NCBI GenBank assembly: GCA_951406725.2
Contig: OX597822.1
Location: 4,154,001-4,218,000, forward strand
Length of the DNA: 64,000 bases
Origin: Octopus vulgaris
Taxonomy: Eukaryota
Direction: 5' to 3'
Shown: in pieces, positions 55,826 through 64,000 of the stretch
Numbering within the stretch: the stretch's first letter is position 1
Layout of the letters: the number at the start of each line of letters is the position of its first letter
The notes under the pieces: generated by a model
Database searches by the model: none
The model's input: the letters and a program-made list of their open reading frames with translations, nothing else
What the model was told of the DNA's origin: nothing
Position numbers and translations under genes: made by a program

Positions 55826-56167
55826 AATAAAATATATGCATATATATAAACATATATGTACGTACCTACCTCTATATATATATATATATGCATACATATA
55901 CATACGCACATACATACATATATATATGTATATATACATATATGTTAGTATATACCCTTCCTTGTTTTGTTTTAGGTTGTTTGTTTTTTTGCTGCCGTTT
56001 CAGTGTTTGGATGTGTTATCATTAATTTATTTTATAGTTATTGATTGGTATGTTCTCTGTTTTATTTTGTTTTTTGTTTTCTTCTATTTTCCATAACGTC
56101 GTTAGATTCTCTCTATTTTTGTTATATATTTTACAGAAGTTTTTCTTATTTTTGTTAATGTTTCAGA

Positions 56168-56225
<58 letters not shown>

Positions 56226-56485
56226 AATCTTTTCGTTGACCAAAATGTGTTTATAATGTTTTGTTGTTAGTCACTTTTAGTGTCAGTGTTGATATCGCTT
56301 GTAATGGTTTGGACGGTTCCGGAGATGGTGCTTGTGTTGGTGGAGGTAATGACAATGATGCTGTAGATACTAAAGCATCATTTAACTAAAAATCACTCGC
56401 TTAGTCAAGTCGGTGACACTGTTTCAATTCAAAGTTGTAACGAATGTATTTAGTTTTATTGTTTTATGATCCCCAGAAATTACTG

Positions 56486-56837
56486 TCTTTTTACTCTTTT
56501 ACTTGTTTCAGTCATTTGACTGCAGCCATGCTGGAGCACCGCCTTTAGTCGAGCCCAGGACTTATTCTTTGTAAGCCCAGTACTATTTCTATCGGACTCT
56601 TTTGCCGAACAGCTAAGTTACGGGGACGTAAACACACCAGCATCGGTTGTCAAGCGATGCTGGGGGGACAAACACAGTCACACAAACATACACACACATA
56701 TATATATACATCTATACGACGAGCTTCTTTCAGTTTCCGTCTACCAAATCCACTCACAAAGCTTTGGTGGGCCCGAGGCAATAGTAGAAGACACTTGACC
56801 AAGGTGCCACGCAGTGGAACTGAACCCAGAACCATGT
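56486..56837 (-). mobile_element. SINE family A, head-truncated
   Basis: Reverse-complement match to family A. Confidence 0.88.
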
Positions 56838-58732
56838 GATATTTTCTCTGAAAGCTATCTTTTATTTTAATGTCAATCAATGTGTTTCTTGCTTCTGTTA
56901 TCATCGCGGCACTTTTAGGCGGTGGCACGAACATATACAACATATACATTGAGAAATGTGAGATACCTCAGAAAATTCTAGTTACCTTATTCTCAAAAAC
57001 ATTTCTTTTTGAACAATGCATATTTCCTTTCATTTTTTTCCCATCGCATTTGATACCTTTGCCTTGCCTTACCTTATTTTGCCTTGGATCTTCAACTCTT
57101 TCATTGAGTTTTAGGGGAATCGTTGGGATATATGAAGTATTTTTTGGCATCTGCAGACTTAGCGGCTTATCCGTATGGAAGGATGATTAAAACCAATTTT
57201 TTCCAGAAGAGAGAGACCGCCAGACAGAAAGAGAACGTAAGAAAAAGAGAAATATCGCTCCCAGTACGGAACGCGAACTCTATTCATCTCCGAAAAGATG
57301 ACAAGTAGATTTGATGTCGGCAAGATTTGGATTCAGAACGTAGAGAACTGGAACGATTACTCCAAATAATCTACCCAACATTCTAACAGCTTTAACAATC
57401 TGCCGCCATATTTGATAGATATGAAAGAGCCAAAAGAACAGTTGAGTTTAATGAAATCATCATGATTTGACCCTGGGTTCAGTGTGTCAAGGATCAGTGT
57501 GTCAAGAGAGGAATCCCGGATTTCTGACATCTCCTCCCTCAAAAAACTCATGGTCTCTGAGGACCGAAAGCAGTTCACATTGAAACGTCTCTCTTGATGG
57601 CTCTGGTTTAATCAGAAGAGAGAAACTGTTCATGAGATTTTACAGGAATTCAAAGACTTGAGATAGAAAAGAGAGAAGAGACCACAGCTGCAGTATCGAG
57701 CAAACCATCAAGGACTAGAATTATCTTCAGACTAGAGACCTGGCCTTAATGTTTGCAACAGAGAGAGTTTCTCTTTTTTATTATTTACTGTGTCAGGAAG
57801 AAAGGGCAGTCTTTGTGATCGTTGCAGGCCCTTCCGAAATGGGTGAATTGATACTGTTCATACTCTAAACGTTTGTAAGCCAATATCTGCAGGAAAGACA
57901 TGAAAGCATGAGAAGTGAGGATATTCCGGAAAATTGATGTTTAAGGAAGAAGAACTGGACATATTGGTTAGTGCAAAACTAAAAAGGTTAAACAGAACAA
58001 CAATGAGATGTAAGCAGAAGCGTAGATTGGAAGTACATAAACAGAGAGAGTACTAGACTTACCAAATAGGAGGAAGAGAGGCCATTGTAGTAGCAATAGA
58101 AAAGTCAGAGGAGACAGTACGACTAAGGTTTAATAAACCCACACAAGAGCCAGGAGGTTGTGTTAAACTAGATGAGGGAACAAACTACCAACAAGAACAA
58201 GTACAGTATATCTGTTGGGTCTTTATCCGCCCTAACTCTCTAACAAGACTTAGATTAAACCATAGTATATAGCACTTGCAATGGTTTGTTACAAAAGAGT
58301 CGAACACAGAGCCAGATGGTTGCAAACTAAAGTTCTTAACCACAAGGCCATGTTTGTCCCCTCAAATTGAGCTGCATTCAAAACACCGGATAAATAAACT
58401 CATCTCATAAGATACTATTTTCTTTTACTCATAAAAATATCTTTCAGGAAAATTAATAATTCATAATTTCTTAATTCCATTTCCATACAAATATTTACAT
58501 TTCATACATAAGTAACAACCTGTAATTGTTCAGAATTAAAAATACGAGTGAGGCTGATGCAGTAAGTGATAAACTGGCTTAGATGTATTTACGGCGTCCA
58601 GTTCAACGATTCTCTGTGCTGCATCTTAATCACATTTAAGCTTGTAGTAAATTAACGGTCAGAAATACTACTAAAGGCTGATCCTACGCCCTGCCAAATA
58701 TGCATCAGTTTTCGGTTAGAATGGTGGATGGA

Positions 58733-59113
58733 AGCACTCCGTCGGTTACGACGATGAGGGTTCCGGTTGATCCGAATCAACGGAACAGCCTGCTCGTGAA
58801 ATTAACGTGTAAGTGGCTGAGCACTCCACAGACACGTGCACCCTTAACGTAGTTCTCGGGGATATTCAGCGTGACACAGAGAGTGACAAGGCCGGCCCTT
58901 TGAAATACAGGTACAACAGAAACAGGAAGTAAGAGTGAGAGAAAGTTGTGGTGAAAGAGTACAGCAGGGATCACCACCATCCCCTGCCGGAGCGTCGTGG
59001 AGCTTTTAGGTGTTTTCGCTCAATAAACACTCACAACGCCCGGTCTGGGAATCGAAACCGCGATCCTATGACCGCGAGTCCGCTGCCCTAACCACTGGGC
59101 CATTGCGCCTCCA
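58733..59113 (-). mobile_element. SINE family C, full length with TSD
   Basis: tcggttagaat lies at 58712-58722 and 59115-59125. Nearly identical to 29158-29536. Confidence 0.92.
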
Positions 59114-61466
59114 CTCGGTTAGAATACCAAGTTCAACAAAGGAGAGAAAAGACAGTGTCTCGTTCAATGTGATGACAAGAGTATTTGGAAGTAACTTTAA
59201 ATCCGCCTACGGCCTGTGGACGCGCAGAGGGACTTCAATTTAGCACGACAAACTCATGGCACAATAAATAATAAAGATGCAACTGTTATGTCTAGCAAAC
59301 TGGTAGACGACGTAAAAGCCATCCATGTTGTCTTCGTGCTGACTTTTACGGCATTGCTGTTTCTATTCTTAACAGCTAAGCAGACTTATTGAAAGAGACT
59401 TGCCTTGGTGTTTACAAAGTCTTTACCTATTCAGCTGCAAACACGGTGACGAAAGATCTAGAAGTAGCCTGGCACACCTGGTAAAACCCATCCAGTGATG
59501 ATTACACATTTTGTTCCTTTAAGAATATCTAAAAAATTAAGACGATAGTAGAGAGTACCCATGCCCTTATATTCAGTTTCGTCTTCTGAAGATGGACATA
59601 TAAGTAGAAAAGATGTGGTTTGCAAGAATGACTGATTACAGACTATTGTTTTATATTGTCGAAAGGACTGGGAAATGTTTCGTACTGAGATTTGTGGACA
59701 GATGAGTCAACAATGGGAAGAATCCGAAGAAGGTGGGGCAGATGCACTAGGTTATGGCTGATGTTTGCTAATTGATAAGAAGAGGCTCTATGAGGAATTA
59801 TGTGGAGTTTTGCCGATAAACCGCACGGTTTTTATGAGTTCGAAAACTGCACCATTCCAGTTATGAACACCTAAATTTAATATATATTATAGAATATTGG
59901 CAGTTTGTTAAGAGTAAAATATTCTTTGCGAAGAAGCCTTGACCATTTCTATATAAGAACGTCAATAGAAAGTGTAGCACATACCGCGAGTTTAAGCGCA
60001 TACCTGAAATCATTTCAGTGAATTTGTTTTCTCATCAAAGAAAAATGAATTTTTCTTTCTCCTAGCTAAATAAACATTATTATCGTTTGAACTAAATACA
60101 AAGGGGTTTTATTCTTTCAAATATTATAGAACAGGAAGTCATGTCTTAACCTACGTCACTAATGACGTACAATGAAAAAATGTGGCCTCAACAAAATCTA
60201 AATTACCACTATGTTTCTCGTCACCGGTTATAACGCTTGGTACAGGCTTCACTGTGTATCTAAGAATTTCGCCTCGCAAATACGCGTTTCGGGTTCACTC
60301 CTACCCCCATGGCATACTGGATAATGCTATTTAGTTATTGGGTTAGACAAAACTTTATCAGCGAAATATTTGAAGATTGACCTCGAATTCTTTAAAAGAC
60401 AGCAATTTGTTCTTTTTATTGCAGAGTTCATGAAAGCATTATTATGTAATGAATATAAAATTAGTTCCAAATTTGTAGATTTGGACTCTGTTGTTACAAA
60501 ATGTTTGTCTCTTAATAATACACAATTTACTCATTTGTTCTTTTCCAGTTTGCTTATCTTAACAGTCATTCAACCATACAATCGAATCTAGATAATTTAT
60601 ACATATATATTGACTGTGTACCTCCTTCATTTACTAAAGCTGTTGACCTACCAAAAGAAAAAGTAGATAATGTAACAAATAATAGAAGCGAAAAATATAT
60701 TTTTAAAAATTGACTGTTCTTTCATAGAATACTTTAAAATTTATGGTGTGTCATTTAAATTCCATTCAGTATCCCCAAAGACGAACCTATTTTTAAAATG
60801 ACAATAGAGGCATTGAGTCACACCCAGACCCTGCAGCCACTGAATGCCTGGTAATAATTTGTCTACTACTATTAATAAATGGAAATCAAATATTAGCTGG
60901 AGCTATTTAGATGCAATATTCTTTATCGCTGAAAAATAAATGTGACCTTTTCAAAATTTCAAACAATATCGGAAAATACTTCACTACTTAAATTTATACT
61001 TGAACTAAGTGCACAGGGTAAAATATATTTTTTATGTACATATAGATAAAACAATAATAACCAAAATATGACTAAAGCTTCTAATAAATGAATATATTTA
61101 AAATGTTAAGAATGGGTGTCCAGAGAGAATTATATGGTTTAAGTCATTTAGACTATACTTAAAACATCAAACGCGGTAGTTAACTCTATCGGTATTTTGT
61201 ACATCAAAACAAATATATAACAAAGCAGATATTTATGAATTTAACGAAATAGACATTTATAACGGATATTCTTATAAGTTAACCAATAAAATTACAAGGA
61301 CATATAATAATTTGTTTTGATAAGGAAGAAGGTCAGTTTATGGTCAATTCTACTGACTCTAGTATCACAGTTTTTAGTACTTTTGCAAACCCGAGGGTAT
61401 GACTGACAAAATACTGAAACACTAAAATAGTGGTTTTGTTAAGCAGCTAATGATGATCGATTTAGA

Positions 61467-62045
61467 GGTGTGGCTGTGTGGTAAGACGCTTGCTTCTTAA
61501 CCACATGATTCCCGGCTCAATCTCGCTGTGTGGCACCTTGGGCAAGTGCCTTCTATTATGGCCTCAGGCTAACCAAAGTCTTGTGAGTGAACTTGGTAAA
61601 CATAAAGTGAAAGTCCATGCTTGATCGTTAAATTCACAAGTTTTTTTTTTATTCAATCTCTGTTTATTTTTTCTCGTTCCTTTCTGTTGCAGAGCGCAGG
61701 CTCGAAACGTAAAGGACTTTCTCATTTTCCCGAGCGTCAAACTAATACACCTGCTTGTTGTTCATACACCTGTCTTCGTCTTCTGTTTTTCCATAAATTT
61801 CAACAATACATACATGTGTGTGTGTGTGTGTGTCTGTTTCCACCCCACCCATCACTGCTTGACAACCGGTGTTGGTGTGTTTACGTCTCCGTAACCCAGC
61901 AGTTCAAGAAACCGATAGAATAAGTACAAGTACTAGGCTTTAAGAAAAATAAGTCCTGGGGTCGATTTGTTCGACTAAAGCCCTTCAAGGCGGTGCTCCA
62001 GCATGGCTGCAGTCAAATGACTGAAACAAGCAAAATAATAAAAGA
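61467..62045 (+). mobile_element. SINE family A carrying a family E HHR-like insert (61620-61805)
   Basis: The family A arms flank an insert that reads cttt-CTGTTGC-A-GAGC-GCAG-GCTC-GAA-ACGT-A-aagg at 61680-61715. Confidence 0.8.
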
Positions 62046-62097
62046 ATTTAGCCATATAAAGATGAAGAAGAGATATGTGAACGTCGACTATTTAGGC

Positions 62098-62741
62098 CAG
62101 TGGTTCTCAACCATTTTCTTTTTAGGGACCCTTTGATTTCTGTTTCCCTTGGATGGACCCTCATGACCTTTTGATGTTTTTAAAAAAGCCTATTAGATTT
62201 TTAATATTAAATGTTATTAGGAATTGTATGAAAGAATTTCTTAAGATATTTTGTGTATTGTTTAAATATTACTAATTTATTGCATATAGGCGCAGGAGTG
62301 GCTGTGTGGTAAGTAGCTTGCTTACCAACTACATGGTTCCGGATTCAGTCCCACTGCGTGGCAACTTGGGCAAGTGTCTTCTACTATAGCCTCGGGCCGA
62401 CCAAAGCCTTATGAGTGGATTTTTTAAACGGAAACTGAAAGAAGCCCGTCGTATATATGTATATATATGTGTGTGTGTGTGTGTGTGTGCACGCGTGTGT
62501 GTGTGTGTGTGTGCGCGCGCGCGTGTGTGTGTGTGTGCGTGTGTATGTGTGTGTATATGCTTGTGTGTCTGTGTTTGTCCCCCCAACATCGCTTGACAAC
62601 CGATACTGGTGTGTTTACGTCCCCGTAACTTCGCGGTTCGGCAAAAGAGCCCGATAAAATAAGTACTAGGCTTACAAAGAATAAGTCCTGGGGTCGGTTT
62701 TCTCGACTAAGAGCCGGATGGACCATGGTTGAGAGCCACTG
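62098..62741. mobile_element. hAT (Charlie-like) MITE with a nested SINE family A copy (62289-62710)
   Basis: TIRs CAGTGGTTCTCAACC and GGTTGAGAGCCACTG. The 8-bp TSD is not conserved. A similar single TIR starts at 53017. Confidence 0.7.
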
Positions 62742-63250
62742 CTTTATGACCATCTCAGTGTGGGTTACATTAATAACTCGGTGAGACTATTACAGGGTAA
62801 ATATTTTCATGTTAGCGTTTAGGAAGACAAAGGTAAATAGAAAGGAAGTTATAGGAAGATGTTATTTGGGGTCGTGAATTTATTAGACTCGAAAGAAGTT
62901 AACATTGATAATTCTGCGTTACATGCATGTGTGTGTGTGTTTAAACACACAAACACATGTAAACAAATAGTATAACCTAGGTTATGACTCGGAGGAGTCA
63001 AGTGCAATAGAGAAGGTGAAGCCGAGGTTAACTTTCTGACAGGCCATTACCAAAGAAATTCCACCCGACTACATAAAATGTAACTGCTCACATTTTTTTT
63101 AGAGTATACTTTTTTTATTTTTGTCTTTTTTTTCAGACTCAGACAACTGACCGATTATTTACATGTTTGTTTATGTATGCGTGCGTGTGTGTGTGTGTGT
63201 GTGTGTGTACGCGTGTGTAACTGTGCGAGTATGTGTACGTATGTGTGCAG

Positions 63251-63551
63251 TGAAGTCGCGTGGTTAAGTGGTTAGGATATTCGGTTCAAGATCATTAATT
63301 TGGTGTTCGATACCAAGCGGTGACACTTTATTTCACGTTGCTCCAGTCCACTCAGCTGGCAAGAATGAGTAGTCCCTGTATTTCAAAGGGCCAGGCCTGT
63401 CACATTTTATGCCACGCTGAATCTCCCAAAGAACTACGTTAAGGGCACGCGTGTCTGTGGAGTGTTCAGCCACTTGCACCTTAATTTCACGAGCAGGCTG
63501 TTCCGTTGATCGGATCAACTGGAATCCTCGTCGCCGCAACCGACGGAGTGC
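63251..63551 (+). mobile_element. SINE family C variant (alternative head and middle, common tail)
   Basis: Diverged tRNA-like head with tail gtatttcaaagggcc...cgacggagtgc. Confidence 0.8.
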
Positions 63552-63624
63552 CGGTTATTTATGTATGCATGCGTGTGAATATTTAAGATGTAATGGAATT
63601 GTTAGTGACAACATACCAATAGTG

Positions 63625-63945
63625 TGGAGGCGCAATGGCCCAGTGGTAAGGGCAGCGGACTCGCGGTTGGAGGATCACGGTTTCGATTCCCAGACCGGGC
63701 GTTGTGTGTGTTTATTGAGCGAAAATACTTAAAAGCTCCCACGAGGCTCCGGCATGGGGTGGTGACGACCCCTGTTGTACTCTTTCGCCCCAGGGTTCTC
63801 TCACTCTCTCTCTGTTCCTGTTTCTTGAGTAACGCTGCGATGGACTGGCGTCCCATCCAGCTGGGGGGAACACATACGCCACAGAAACCGGGAAACTGGG
63901 TTCATGAGCCTGGCTAGGCTTGAAAAGAGCGAAGTTTATCGTTTT
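63625..63945 (+). mobile_element. SINE family C with an alternative tail and an 18-bp TSD
   Basis: acataccaatagtgtgga lies at 63611-63628 and 63946-63963. Confidence 0.92.
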
Positions 63946-64000
63946 ACATACCAATAGTGTGGAAAAACGACTAATGTTTTTACATTTTATGGTACATAGT

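Noticed and set aside
60423-60720. Possible exons after ttttattgcag and ttcttttccag, and other candidates at 2720-2818 and 24087-24209
   Set aside because: No convincing acceptor/donor pair together with a recognisable peptide.
63625-63700. tRNA genes at SINE heads (also 54598, 21609 and 12809)
   Set aside because: A and B boxes are present, but there is no convincing cloverleaf and each head continues into a repeated SINE body.

Overview
Eukaryotic, AT-rich, repeat-dominated genomic DNA, most likely intronic or intergenic. The repeat families look like those of an octopus (coleoid cephalopod); this is recognition from memory, not a database result. No intact gene is present, and nearly all track ORFs are microsatellite or SINE read-throughs. 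The window holds three abundant tRNA-derived SINE families and decayed transposon coding remnants: Gypsy-like RT, Penelope-type GIY-YIG, Helitron RepHel, Tc1, mariner-type, Tigger/pogo, hAT, RLE-type and RTE-type LINE ends. It also holds non-autonomous Helitrons, long microsatellites and one or two candidate isolated exons. The most notable feature is a set of at least five distinct short non-coding element families carrying type I hammerhead ribozyme (HHR) motifs with palindromic stem III, mostly inside or next to microsatellites. The best example (32139-33280) has three intact HHRs arranged as an inverted copy plus a 476-bp tandem. It resembles a Penelope pLTR or retrozyme and is predicted to release a 476-nt monomer RNA that could circularise.
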